From assembly GCA_023396095.1 (NCBI GenBank), contig JAEWXG010000012.1, positions 97,718 through 161,717 on the forward strand: a stretch of 64,000 nucleotides of DNA, read 5' to 3'. Origin of the DNA: Bacillota bacterium. GTDB taxonomy: Bacteria; Bacillota; Clostridia; Christensenellales; UBA3700. The notes below the pieces were generated by a model, which made no database searches, had not been told where the DNA came from, and worked only from the letters and a program-made list of their open reading frames with translations. Both the position numbers and the translations under genes were made by a program. Positions 52,482 through 62,478 of the stretch are shown here, one piece after another (position 1 is the first letter of the stretch; each line of letters opens with the position of its first letter).

Positions 52482-55400
52482 TTAGTCTTCCTCTATATAC
52501 TGAGCAACCCCACCTTTTCTTTCTTTCAAACGTACTTTAGATGTTCTCTTAGGAGCTTTCTTCTGGGACTTCTCTTCAGCTGTTGGTTCTTCCACTACAG
52601 GTTCATGCGTAACTGGCTCTTCTAATACCGATTCTTCCACTATAGGTTCTTCTACAACTGGTTCTTCAACCGCTAATGCTTCCACTGCAGGCTCTTCTGC
52701 AACCAGTTCTTCCTCTACAGTGTCTCCTGCAACTGGTTCTTCATCTACAGCATCTTCTGCAACTGGTTCTTCATCTACAGCATCTTCTGCAACCAGTTCT
52801 TCTGATACCGCTTCTTCCACCACAGGTTTCTCCGCAGCGCCATCATTTGATGAATTAACAGCATCATCTTCATTTTGTCCATCGTTTGAGCTAGCGCTAG
52901 ACTTCTTTTCACGTATTTTAAATACTCCTTTTCTTATTAATAGGAGAATAATTATAGCCACCATAATCAAGAGAACCAAAGGCACTGCCCATGTCGCATG
53001 ATTAAATGAAATCTTATAAACCCCATAGAAACTTAAATCACTTACATCTTTTAGAATTAAATATTCCCCTTTAATTTGATATTTACTAGAATCTAAAATT
53101 TCAGGAATATATGCCATAACTTTTCCATCCGCATTAAGCTTCTCTTTGTAATGAACAACCTTATAGCCATTATATTTTCCATTTAATTTAATTTTGATTG
53201 TTGTAATTGAATTATTCTCAAAAGCACTTAGTGGAACATCTATATTAATTAAAGTTTTCATAACAACATCTTGTAATTTCGATATCTTTTTATTTTTATC
53301 TAAATGTTCCCTTAATTTATCAGCAAAGTTTTTAGCCATTATACTATTTGTGGCATCAAAAATTTTCAATTCTTGTACTTTATTGGCATATAAAATCTTT
53401 CCGTTTAGTTGAACATTATCTTTATTGTATGTATCGCCAACTCTATTAATCGCAATATCAATTGTTCTAAAATTGTATCTTTCTTGATCTTCTACGGAGA
53501 GCTGGCTATCATCTACGGACACGTGAACCATGAATGTTCCTAACTGGTTTTTCAATTTTTCAATATTACTTGCTGTTAATCCTTCAATTCGTATAATATC
53601 ACTTACATTAACAGAAATACTATCCTTTATGCTTTCGCCATCAACCTCAAAACCTATAGCTTCATATATAGCAGTTTTAATGCTATCTTCGGTTTGCTCT
53701 GTTTCAAATGACAAATCATTCAAAATTAAATCCACTGAATATTTCAAAACATTAAAATAAATTGTTTCATTCTTTGGGGCAATTGTTTCTTTGTTGCTTA
53801 TTAGTTCAATATTATATTGTCCAACTTTTTCAATTTCGGTTACATTTTGCGTTTGACCTAAATTATCCACAAATGAAATAATTGAATCAGCAAATATTTC
53901 AGACAAAAGCAAATTGTCAGCCTTATATTTCTCATCATAAGCAACTTTTAGATCCGCTTTAATATACATATTTAAAGCTCTAACATCAATAATAAATGGT
54001 TTAATCTCCAGATCAGCACTATTGATTCGAATATCAAAATTTTCATTATTACTTGTTAATAATAATGAATCATCAGCATTAACTTTAATCAACTCACTAA
54101 TTGTGCCTATCGTTTCACCCCAAGCATAAAGTTCGCTTAATTTATTAGAATCTATTTCAAAGAAAAAGCTAGTTCTGTTAATAAGTCCTCTCTCATTTCC
54201 AGAAACTAATTTTAATTTAGCATCCTTTAATAACTTAGCAATATAATATTGTTTGTATAAGTTTGGATCACTGTTAGCTCCTTCAATAGTTATGTTTGTT
54301 TTAAATTTATTACGTTGATCTCCTATCCTATAAATATGTGGTGCGTCTTGCATTAAAGACAAGACATATTTTTCATAAAAGTACTCGATTGCTAATGCTT
54401 CGTTATTCTTATCAACAATCTCGTAAACAAGCACCTGCTTAATTATTTTCAAAGAAACACCTCTTGCAATAAATCTTCTTTCACTGTTACCATCCCTTAC
54501 AAAATTAATTCCATTAATTGTCCCATTAACAGTTCCTATCTTATAATTTTCTTTTAAAATCCCATCTAATTCTAATGTGACATCTGCGATTCTTTCTCCA
54601 ACATTTTCATCAACGAATACAACAGTAAATTTGAACATTATTTGATTAGATTCTTGATCTTTGACAACTAACTGATTCTTGTACTCAGGATAATCTAAAA
54701 GCTTAATTTGCTTTTGGTAAACCGTGGTCTTATTGTACATGTATTCTTCTTCAAAAATATTTTTTATATTAGATATATTTATTTCTACCGGTGTAATATC
54801 TATTTTTAATTTTGCTTCATCTGTAATTTTGTAATAAAAACCATTTTCTAATTTTGGATAAAACTCATATTCTCCAACACGATTGAATACATTTTGTGTT
54901 TGCACCTTATTTCTAGTAACAACTGTACTAAATAATTGCCCGGCAAATTCTACCTTTACTAGATATGAATCACCACTATATATTTCCGAAGTATTCATTT
55001 GATTAGTGCTAACTTCTGTTTCCGTACCATCATTACTAACTTTATATAACTTATATTGCAACTCTTCTCTTTGTAGCGTCTTTTTAGTAACTTCAACTCT
55101 TAATGTATCTACTATAAATGTATAGTTATTGGTAGCCTCAATGAGTTTTTGGTTTGACATTTTATATATGCCGGGAACTAAAGATTGAGTATTAGAAAAA
55201 TATTGACTCCCATCTTTAAGAACAAATAATCCAGCATTTGGATCTAACTCAAAATTACTCATTGTTAATGGAATATCCATTTTATTAAAATCTTGTGTTT
55301 CTGCATCAACAAATTTTACCCAGTTTTCAGTAATGCTATGGTTATCACCATATGATACTTCCCACTTATATTCTACCCCATCTAAAACCTTGATACGATG

Positions 55401-57653
55401 AGCACGAACAACAAAAATTCTTGAACTAATACCAATAATTATATTTGTTTGTTTTAGATATAAAGAATCAGAATATTTTTCAAAAACAGCTAACTGATAT
55501 GTCCCCAAAGGCAAGGCAGTACTTTTACCATCCCAATTACTTGGAGCCAAAACTATTTTTTCAGAAGCGTTTGGATATTCCGCTTCAAATTCAGTCGCAT
55601 CAGTTGTCCAGCCCCATTCTGTAGAATAAGCTAATAAATGCTTAAATGTACTTGAATTATAAGCAATATCCATTTTTTCATCATTACGAATATTAATGTT
55701 GAAATTAAAATCTTTTTTCAATACAGGCGAAAGTTTGATATTATCCCCCATAACTCCTTTTAAGTTATTTAGTGACCCTTCTACATATCCGTTTAAATAT
55801 TGCTTTATTCCTCCACCAAGAACTTCATAATTCCAGTACACGGTTTTATGCCTGTCTAAAATAACAGAAATTATTAAGTTAGTGTCAACATTGAATGTAG
55901 AAATATTATTTATAGATGGTTCAATTGTTAATTCAGAATTTAAATTTGGAATATATAAATCTTCAATATATGTCGTTGAATTAAATATAACCTTTATATG
56001 AATATCCCCTTCAGATGTAATAAATGAGCTATCTGTAACATTAAAATCAATATCGGTAAATGTTACATATATTGGTAAAGTTTCACCTGTTTTTCTACTA
56101 ATGAACATCTCGTTTGTAAACTGACAATTTTCAATCAAAATATTCGCTTGCGTCGTTGAACTATTTTCTTTTTTGTATGTTCTCACATCGAAATTACTAG
56201 TATTAGCAACATTTTTCATAGACATAGTTTCAACTTTAACATTATTCAGTTCATAGTTTAACTTTGAAAAGACAACTTTCTCTTTAAATTCAATTATCAA
56301 ATTTTTAGTGCTAATTCCATTAATTAAATACAATGTTTTTTCACTTTCTGGATTACTATTTTCCAAAACAATTTCAAAATCTTTTATTATAACGGATTCC
56401 ACTTCTGTATTACTTTCTGCAACTATTGCGAAATCAGCTTGCGTTTGCAAAGCTTGATCAGAAAACTTTAGTTTCATTGTATTAATTTCAAAAATAGCAT
56501 TATTTGACAAATTAGCTATTCTATACTCAGATGTATTTTTTACATTAAAATCTATGTTAATATTTTCAAGCTTTATTGCATTCTTTCTTAATTGCTCGGC
56601 AGCATCAACATGTACTACAAAAAGCTTTGATTGATCTTGCATATCAATAGCGCCTTCAATTTGCTGAATTACAATTTTCCCATCCTTAATATTAATTGCC
56701 TTGTCTGTATTTGATGAAGTTAATATTGTTTGAACAAATACGGTATGTAATGTAACTATTTTATTGTTTAAATTAAAATTCGTAACTTGAGAATTTTCAA
56801 ATGAGAATAAAACATTCTTAGACGATTTTGCATGTAAAACTGATAAATTCGCATTAAACTGAAACGAAGTTATATCAACTTTATAAAATTTGAATGAGAG
56901 TTGATGCTTCAACTGAACGTCAGAAGTAGCTATTTCTATATTGATTCCTTGGAATTGTCTATCTAAGTTGTTAAACCCAAACTCAAATGTTTCATCTGAT
57001 AAATTTGCAACTTGCTCTTCTGTTAAATTCTGATCAAAAAACTCATTTTCAAAAATAACTGTTATATTGTTGTTAAGCAAATATTTAATCTTATAATCAC
57101 GGTTGGAATCTTGATCTTTATATAGTTTTGCCCAATTTACAACTGTTCCATCATTACCTGTAAATTTCACATTTCTTTCTTCATCTCTGATAACTTTTAT
57201 TGTTTGTGAGACTTTTATTGCATATTGTCCCGGAGTAAATTTTATAGTATTAACTTTCCCAGATATAGCATCTTCTATTACAGCTGCCCCACTAAACCCA
57301 TAAACTTTCTGCGTCGGATCTTCTGGACTAGCAGTACTTCTTACATCTATTAAAACATAACCTGGAATTGCCTTAACATAATACGATTTTGTACTATCAA
57401 GTTTAAACTGGTTAGAACTATTCATTATAACCTCATCCTCGCCGTCAATAAAATCTGTATCTGGGTTATATGTGTATATCTTGAACCCTTCTGTTGTTGA
57501 AGCTCCTTCAATTGTTAATGTAACATCATCAGCCTCAGCATATACTGCTTGATTTGACCAATTGACTGTCAAAAACAAAAAAAGCCCTACAAAAAATATT
57601 CCTATTGTGAAAAATAATTTTTTAAGCGTATTTGAGTTAATTCCCTTATGCAT
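52482..57653 (-). CDS. large surface protein (1,723 aa): N-terminal signal/anchor, beta-rich ectodomain with MBG-like segments, TM helix, repetitive acidic cytoplasmic tail
   Basis: Start at ATG 57653 after a GGGAGG RBS. N-terminal hydrophobic segment ending AVYA. TM WAVPLVLLIMVAIIILLLI, then 87 aa of E/P/V/A pentapeptide repeats and a basic end KSQKKAPKRTSKVRLKERK. Confidence 0.8.
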   Translation of the reverse strand: MHKGINSNTLKKLFFTIGIFFVGLFLFLTVNWSNQAVYAEADDVTLTIEGASTTEGFKIYTYNPDTDFIDGEDEVIMNSSNQFKLDSTKSYYVKAIPGYVLIDVRSTASPEDPTQKVYGFSGAAVIEDAISGKVNTIKFTPGQYAIKVSQTIKVIRDEERNVKFTGNDGTVVNWAKLYKDQDSNRDYKIKYLLNNNITVIFENEFFDQNLTEEQVANLSDETFEFGFNNLDRQFQGINIEIATSDVQLKHQLSFKFYKVDITSFQFNANLSVLHAKSSKNVLFSFENSQVTNFNLNNKIVTLHTVFVQTILTSSNTDKAINIKDGKIVIQQIEGAIDMQDQSKLFVVHVDAAEQLRKNAIKLENINIDFNVKNTSEYRIANLSNNAIFEINTMKLKFSDQALQTQADFAIVAESNTEVESVIIKDFEIVLENSNPESEKTLYLINGISTKNLIIEFKEKVVFSKLNYELNNVKVETMSMKNVANTSNFDVRTYKKENSSTTQANILIENCQFTNEMFISRKTGETLPIYVTFTDIDFNVTDSSFITSEGDIHIKVIFNSTTYIEDLYIPNLNSELTIEPSINNISTFNVDTNLIISVILDRHKTVYWNYEVLGGGIKQYLNGYVEGSLNNLKGVMGDNIKLSPVLKKDFNFNINIRNDEKMDIAYNSSTFKHLLAYSTEWGWTTDATEFEAEYPNASEKIVLAPSNWDGKSTALPLGTYQLAVFEKYSDSLYLKQTNIIIGISSRIFVVRAHRIKVLDGVEYKWEVSYGDNHSITENWVKFVDAETQDFNKMDIPLTMSNFELDPNAGLFVLKDGSQYFSNTQSLVPGIYKMSNQKLIEATNNYTFIVDTLRVEVTKKTLQREELQYKLYKVSNDGTETEVSTNQMNTSEIYSGDSYLVKVEFAGQLFSTVVTRNKVQTQNVFNRVGEYEFYPKLENGFYYKITDEAKLKIDITPVEINISNIKNIFEEEYMYNKTTVYQKQIKLLDYPEYKNQLVVKDQESNQIMFKFTVVFVDENVGERIADVTLELDGILKENYKIGTVNGTINGINFVRDGNSERRFIARGVSLKIIKQVLVYEIVDKNNEALAIEYFYEKYVLSLMQDAPHIYRIGDQRNKFKTNITIEGANSDPNLYKQYYIAKLLKDAKLKLVSGNERGLINRTSFFFEIDSNKLSELYAWGETIGTISELIKVNADDSLLLTSNNENFDIRINSADLEIKPFIIDVRALNMYIKADLKVAYDEKYKADNLLLSEIFADSIISFVDNLGQTQNVTEIEKVGQYNIELISNKETIAPKNETIYFNVLKYSVDLILNDLSFETEQTEDSIKTAIYEAIGFEVDGESIKDSISVNVSDIIRIEGLTASNIEKLKNQLGTFMVHVSVDDSQLSVEDQERYNFRTIDIAINRVGDTYNKDNVQLNGKILYANKVQELKIFDATNSIMAKNFADKLREHLDKNKKISKLQDVVMKTLINIDVPLSAFENNSITTIKIKLNGKYNGYKVVHYKEKLNADGKVMAYIPEILDSSKYQIKGEYLILKDVSDLSFYGVYKISFNHATWAVPLVLLIMVAIIILLLIRKGVFKIREKKSSASSNDGQNEDDAVNSSNDGAAEKPVVEEAVSEELVAEDAVDEEPVAEDAVDEEPVAGDTVEEELVAEEPAVEALAVEEPVVEEPIVEESVLEEPVTHEPVVEEPTAEEKSQKKAPKRTSKVRLKERKGGVAQYIEED
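52572..52832 (-). repeat. in-frame 15-nt periodic tandem repeat (about 17 units), including a perfect 30-nt duplication
   Basis: CTGCAACTGGTTCTTCATCTACAGCATCTT occurs at 52727-52756 and again at 52757-52786. The surrounding units are degenerate copies encoding EEPVV/EDAVD-type pentapeptides. Confidence 0.85.
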
Positions 57654-57693
57654 AATTGCCTCCCAAATCAATACAACACGTTATATATAAAAC

Positions 57694-57702
57694 ATTATAA
57701 CA
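57694..57702 (-). promoter_or_regulatory. extended -10 element upstream of the 1,723-aa gene
   Basis: The minus strand reads TGTTATAAT, 41 nt upstream of the ATG. There is no good -35. Confidence 0.4.
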
Positions 57703-57984
57703 TAATAAAAAAGATTTTAAGAGATTTTGTTTAAAATTTTTTACATTTTTTTTACAAAAGAATTTCTCTAAATTGCCAAAATTATTACCAATACAGTCAT
57801 TTTTACTTTAAAACATTGGTTTCAAAAACAAAAAAACATACGCGCAATACTCAAGCAAATACTTTAATAAAACGAAATTTTAATCATGAAAATCTTTGTT
57901 ATGAATCTTCAAGTAAGACAGATTAATATAAAAAATAGGCTGGTTAAAATTATGGTATTTGCATTAAAATGGCATACATCTATA

Positions 57985-58806
57985 TTATTTTTCGAATATC
58001 CTTTTATTGTAATATAGATATTGTTGCGCATATCCGGAATTTTTTCCATAAAGTTTGACTAATCTATCGGCTATGATTTTTATATTATTTTCATCATCCT
58101 TAAAAATATCAAAATAAATTTTTTTAACCCAAGTATCAACAGGAAAAACATCTAATTTATAATACCCAAACAACAGAATACAATCTGCAACTTTAGAACC
58201 TACTCCACTCAATTTGAGCAATTCCTTTCTCGCGGCAAATGTTTCTAATTTTTCGATTTTATCTATATCAATAGTTTTTTGTGATATTTTTTTGACAGTC
58301 TCCTTTAAGTATGCGTCTCTGTATCCAAGACCTAATTTTCTAAAATCATTAATATCAACATTAACTAATGCTTCAAGACTTGGAAAAGCATAATACTCGC
58401 CATTATTCTCACCAAAATTTTCAGACAACTTATTTAAGATATGCTTTATTCTTGGAATATTATTATTTGATGAAACGATATAACTTATTATAGTTTCAAA
58501 TTTATCTTGCCTTAAAATTCTAGTTCCGTCACAATTATCAACAGCCTTTGCAATGAAAGGCAGATCGCGTATTGAATTAATAATTTTTTTATAATCTGTA
58601 TAATAATCTAGGTAATTAACAAAATATTCATTATTTGACGAGTCAATATATATTTGCTTATCATCTTGCTTTATATTAGCAAATTGATCTTTGGAAATAA
58701 TATTATACTCATTGTCACTAATACGAGTGTATCTGAAAACTTGCCCACACTCAAAAATATCTTTAATGTTAAAACATTTAGGTCTCTCTAAAACTAACAT
58801 AAACAA
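57985..58806 (-). CDS. 8-oxoguanine DNA glycosylase / HhH-GPD family (Ogg-type)
   Basis: CGQVFRY near the N-terminus and the HhH-GPD region LLKLSGVGSKVADCILLFGY...PVDTW; 273 aa. Confidence 0.8.
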   Translation of the reverse strand: MFMLVLERPKCFNIKDIFECGQVFRYTRISDNEYNIISKDQFANIKQDDKQIYIDSSNNEYFVNYLDYYTDYKKIINSIRDLPFIAKAVDNCDGTRILRQDKFETIISYIVSSNNNIPRIKHILNKLSENFGENNGEYYAFPSLEALVNVDINDFRKLGLGYRDAYLKETVKKISQKTIDIDKIEKLETFAARKELLKLSGVGSKVADCILLFGYYKLDVFPVDTWVKKIYFDIFKDDENNIKIIADRLVKLYGKNSGYAQQYLYYNKRIFEK

Positions 58807-58854
58807 TCACCATATATAATATTATTATCCATCTTTTCGTTATTAAATTCCAAA

Positions 58855-58880
58855 TAAAAAACCAACTATATAAGTTGGCC
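58855..58880 (-). terminator. intrinsic terminator of the rplU-prp-rpmA operon
   Basis: Minus strand: CCAACT-tatat-AGTTGG followed by TTTTTTATTT, about 25 nt after the rpmA stop. Confidence 0.65.
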
Positions 58881-58903
58881 TTCATATCATTTTTTTAATT
58901 ATC

Positions 58904-59182
58904 CTAGACAACCGGATAAACGCTTACTTGTTTTTTGTCCTTGCCTTTTCTTTCAAATTTAACAACGCCATCAACTAAAGCAAACAAAGTATCATCCTTT
59001 CCAAGACCTACATTATTACCTGGATGAATTCTTGTTCCTCTTTGTCTTATCAATATGCTACCAGCTGAAACAGTTTGACCATCAGCTCTTTTAACCCCTA
59101 ATCTTTTTGCGTTACTATCTCTACCATTACGTGTGCTTCCGCCACCTTTTTTATGGGCAAATAATTGTATATTCATAAACAT
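58904..59182 (-). CDS. rpmA: 50S ribosomal protein L27 with a cleavable N-terminal propeptide
   Basis: MFMNIQLF|[24 protein letters not shown]. The ATG at 59182 is 9 nt after GGAGGT. The propeptide length and the F|A junction match the Prp-processed L27 of Firmicutes. Confidence 0.95.
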   Translation of the reverse strand: MFMNIQLFAHKKGGGSTRNGRDSNAKRLGVKRADGQTVSAGSILIRQRGTRIHPGNNVGLGKDDTLFALVDGVVKFERKGKDKKQVSVYPVV

Positions 59183-59184
59183 AT

Positions 59185-59517
59185 TCACTTTACCTCCACT
59201 TTAATGTACTTTGTAAAACCTTTTTGCAAATCATCTAAACCTAAAATTGCCGTCTCGAGTATTACTTGTACATCTCTCATTGTTGTTTCAGAAATATCAC
59301 TATCTTTTAAGCAAATTTCCATCATCGGAACTTTTTCATTAATTTGATAACTGAAACAATTATTAGCAAACCTTCTTAATCCTAATATTGCTGTTTGTAG
59401 TATTGATGACGCTGCTGCACAAACTATATCTGTTCCACTCTCTGAATAGCCACTATGTCCTTTACTTTTTATAGCAACTATCTTGTCACCTTCAACTATA
59501 ACAGTTATTTTAATCAT
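59185..59517 (-). CDS. prp: ribosomal-processing cysteine protease Prp
   Basis: 110 aa between rplU and rpmA, with GHSGY...[11 protein letters not shown] (catalytic His/Cys region). It ends with a TGA stop. Confidence 0.85.
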   Translation of the reverse strand: MIKITVIVEGDKIVAIKSKGHSGYSESGTDIVCAAASSILQTAILGLRRFANNCFSYQINEKVPMMEICLKDSDISETTMRDVQVILETAILGLDDLQKGFTKYIKVEVK

Positions 59518-59520
59518 AAA

Positions 59521-59829
59521 CTAACCTTTAATATTCAAAACTTTGATTAATGTGTATGGTTGTCTATGCCCTTGACGCTTTCTTTCGTTCTTTTTTGCTT
59601 TGTATTTATAAACAATAATTTTCTTCGTTTTATCTTGTGCGATAACTTCAGCTTCGACAAAGGCTCCATCAAGTATTGGATTTCCACACTTAACTTTTCC
59701 ATCATCGCTGATAAAAGCTACATCAAACTTTGCTTTACTACCTACTTCGGCGTCAATTTTATCAATTTTAACGAAAGCATCTTTCTCTACTCTATACTGC
59801 TTTCCACCTGAAACTAATATTGCGTACAT
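59521..59829 (-). CDS. rplU: 50S ribosomal protein L21
   Basis: MYAILVSGGKQYRVEKD...KKIIVYKYKAKKNERKRQGHRQPYT; GAGGAGG RBS. Confidence 0.95.
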   Translation of the reverse strand: MYAILVSGGKQYRVEKDAFVKIDKIDAEVGSKAKFDVAFISDDGKVKCGNPILDGAFVEAEVIAQDKTKKIIVYKYKAKKNERKRQGHRQPYTLIKVLNIKG

Positions 59830-60026
59830 TAAATAACCTCCTCTTCTCCAGTCTCGCTGAGCTTTTAGGTGATATTTCTATTCTTCTCGGTAACCCATCC
59901 CAAGCGGCTAACATTCAATTTAACACATTATAATTATATATGTCAAATAAAAACTCTTTTCCTATGCTTTCCCACGAAAAAACATAACAATTTATTAAAA
60001 TTTACCTTCAATCATTAATTAGCAAG

Positions 60027-61514
60027 TTAATATAGCAAACGTGCGTTATCCGGCAAGTCTATGATAATATTATTTGCACTTGAAATTGAATATTCAAATA
60101 TTTTTTTCTCCTCATCTGGAATTAAATAAATAATTTTGTCGGAAAAAATAGTTTTAGCTTCTTTTTTAAAGAAATTAATTGAAAAAACTTTATGCACAAT
60201 ATCTGGATGCATTTTAACCAATGTGGCAGTTGTATGCGGATGCGCAACAACATAAGAAACCAAAGCATCTTTTAGAATCATTAAAATTAATTCGTCACTT
60301 CTTACTCTGCCAGTTCCTGAACAATAAGGACATGCTTGATGCAATTTAATATCAGTATTTTGCTTTACTTTTTTTCTCGTTATTTCAACTAGTCCTAAAT
60401 TAGTCATCCCTGCTACAGTAGCGTGCATTCTATCCTTTTTTAGCTCATCCTCTAATATGCTAAGTACACTTTCCTTATTTTTATCAATATTCATATCAAT
60501 AAAATCAACAACAATTATCCCACCAATATTTCGCAACCTCAATTGTCTTGCAACCTCAACTGCTGCAATACAATTAGTGTTATATGCTGTCTCTTCCAAA
60601 TTTTTATCCCCAACATATTTCCCAGTATTAACATCAACAACCGTTAAAGCTTCCGTGGATTCAATAACAATATACCCGCCATTTGACAAATCAACTCTTT
60701 TTTCTAATATGCCTAACGCCTGTGAATGTATGCCATTTTTGTAAACAATAGAATTGTATGAGTCATTATATTTTACAACACATTTTTCTACTATATTAGG
60801 GAATAAAGTTAGAACTCTATCATAAATTTCTTTATCATTAGTTTCAATCTCATCAATGTCTTTCTTATATAAATCTCTAATAACTCTTTTAATAATATCT
60901 TCATCTTGATAAATGAGATTCATTGGCTTACAATGCAAAAACTTATTGTAAATATCCTTATACAAATTTTGAAGGAGTACTATTTCACTTATAATTTCTT
61001 CGTCTGTTGCAAATTGAGCTTCTGTTCTTATAATAAATCCTATATCATCTTGTTTGTGTCCATTTACAAGTGTTGTTAAATGATTTTTTACATCATCATT
61101 TTCAATTTTTTTACTCGCAACAACCACGTTAGTATTTGTAATTAGAACCAAAAACCTCCCAGGCAATGATATATTCATAGTCGCTTTAGCGCATTTGTTC
61201 CCAAATTCATCTTTCACAATTTGGCACATTATTTGATCGCCTTCTGCTATATTTAATTTTATATTTGAACTTAATGTTTCATTCGGATTATCAGATAAAA
61301 TATCATCGCTGAATAAATAAACATTTTTATTCAACCCTATATTAACAAATGCTGCTTGCATTCCTTTTAACACATTTTCGACTTTGCCTTTGTATATGTT
61401 CCCTACTATATTCTTTTTGGAAGCCTGTTCGACATGAAATTCTATCAATCTATTTCCTTCCAATAATGAGACATTTATACCAGTCGGATATTTATCAATA
61501 AGTATTTTCTTCAT
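60027..61514 (-). CDS. rng: ribonuclease G/E family endoribonuclease
   Basis: S1 domain GNIYKGKVENVLKGMQAAFVNIG, catalytic core VVDVNTG...GGIIVVDFIDM, and CPYCSGTG (zinc-link-like); 495 aa. Confidence 0.85.
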   Translation of the reverse strand: MKKILIDKYPTGINVSLLEGNRLIEFHVEQASKKNIVGNIYKGKVENVLKGMQAAFVNIGLNKNVYLFSDDILSDNPNETLSSNIKLNIAEGDQIMCQIVKDEFGNKCAKATMNISLPGRFLVLITNTNVVVASKKIENDDVKNHLTTLVNGHKQDDIGFIIRTEAQFATDEEIISEIVLLQNLYKDIYNKFLHCKPMNLIYQDEDIIKRVIRDLYKKDIDEIETNDKEIYDRVLTLFPNIVEKCVVKYNDSYNSIVYKNGIHSQALGILEKRVDLSNGGYIVIESTEALTVVDVNTGKYVGDKNLEETAYNTNCIAAVEVARQLRLRNIGGIIVVDFIDMNIDKNKESVLSILEDELKKDRMHATVAGMTNLGLVEITRKKVKQNTDIKLHQACPYCSGTGRVRSDELILMILKDALVSYVVAHPHTTATLVKMHPDIVHKVFSINFFKKEAKTIFSDKIIYLIPDEEKKIFEYSISSANNIIIDLPDNARLLY

Positions 61515-61520
61515 ACTACT

Positions 61521-62462
61521 TTATTCAATTGCAAAACCTGCAGCTCCGATTATTCCAGCATCATTTGTTAGTTTTGCTCTTCTTATTTCAACTTTAGGCC
61601 CAAATCCAGAAACTGAAATATATTCATCAACTTTTTGTTGCAACCTTAAAATAAATTCATCTCCCTCTCGTGAGATTCCGCCACCTATTACAATGCATTC
61701 TGGATGTAAGAAATTTGATATTGCAATTAATCCGCTTGTGATGTTGTGAATATATTCTTCAATAGCATCGTGCGCATATGGGCAACCCAACTTCTCTGCA
61801 ACAAACGCTGTTTTGCCATCAACACACCCATCAGCAGTAGCTTGCTTTGCCAAAATTGAATTATTATTTTTGTTTATATATTCTTTAGTTATACGTATTA
61901 AGGCGGAAGCTGATGCATATTGTTCAAAACATCCTATCCCCCCACAATTACATTTTATACCATCGAATTTAATTGGAATATGCCCTATTTCTCCGGCAGA
62001 AAAAGTCTTTCCTTGATACAACTCGCCATTAATAATAATACCTCCTCCTATGCCAGTACCGAGAGTTATCATCACCATGTTATTGTATTTTTTTGAAATA
62101 TCTGTAAATCTATATTCACCTAAGGCTGCTGCATTAGCATCATTTAAAATCTTCACTTTAATGTCTGTCTGCTTTTTAAACTCTTCTACTAAATTAATAT
62201 TAACCCAACCAATATTTACAGCAGCTCTAACTATTCCTGCATCACTATCAGTTACTCCGGGAATACCAACCCCTATACCCATGCAAGTATCATCTGCTCT
62301 TTTTAATTTGTTAATTTTTTCCAATATTTTTTGTACAACTAATGAAATTTCATCTTCTATATTAGTAACAAACGAACTAGAAGCAAATATTTTACCATTC
62401 TCGTCTATTATACCAACTTTAATGGACATACCACCGATATCTACACCAGCGTAAATTTTCAT
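61521..62462 (-). CDS. glcK: ROK-family glucokinase
   Basis: GVDIGGMSIKVG, LGTGIGGGII, GEIGH and the ROK zinc motif CNCGGIGCFEQYAS. Confidence 0.85.
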   Translation of the reverse strand: MKIYAGVDIGGMSIKVGIIDENGKIFASSSFVTNIEDEISLVVQKILEKINKLKRADDTCMGIGVGIPGVTDSDAGIVRAAVNIGWVNINLVEEFKKQTDIKVKILNDANAAALGEYRFTDISKKYNNMVMITLGTGIGGGIIINGELYQGKTFSAGEIGHIPIKFDGIKCNCGGIGCFEQYASASALIRITKEYINKNNNSILAKQATADGCVDGKTAFVAEKLGCPYAHDAIEEYIHNITSGLIAISNFLHPECIVIGGGISREGDEFILRLQQKVDEYISVSGFGPKVEIRRAKLTNDAGIIGAAGFAIE

Positions 62463-62478
62463 GCTTTATCACCTTATT

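Noticed and set aside
59830-59925. Possible L21 ribosomal leader upstream of rplU
   Set aside because: The position and the slightly GC-richer ~95-nt 5' region fit the known Firmicutes L21 leader. I could not fold a convincing conserved structure by eye, so it is not reported as a feature. An Infernal scan with the Rfam L21_leader model would settle it.
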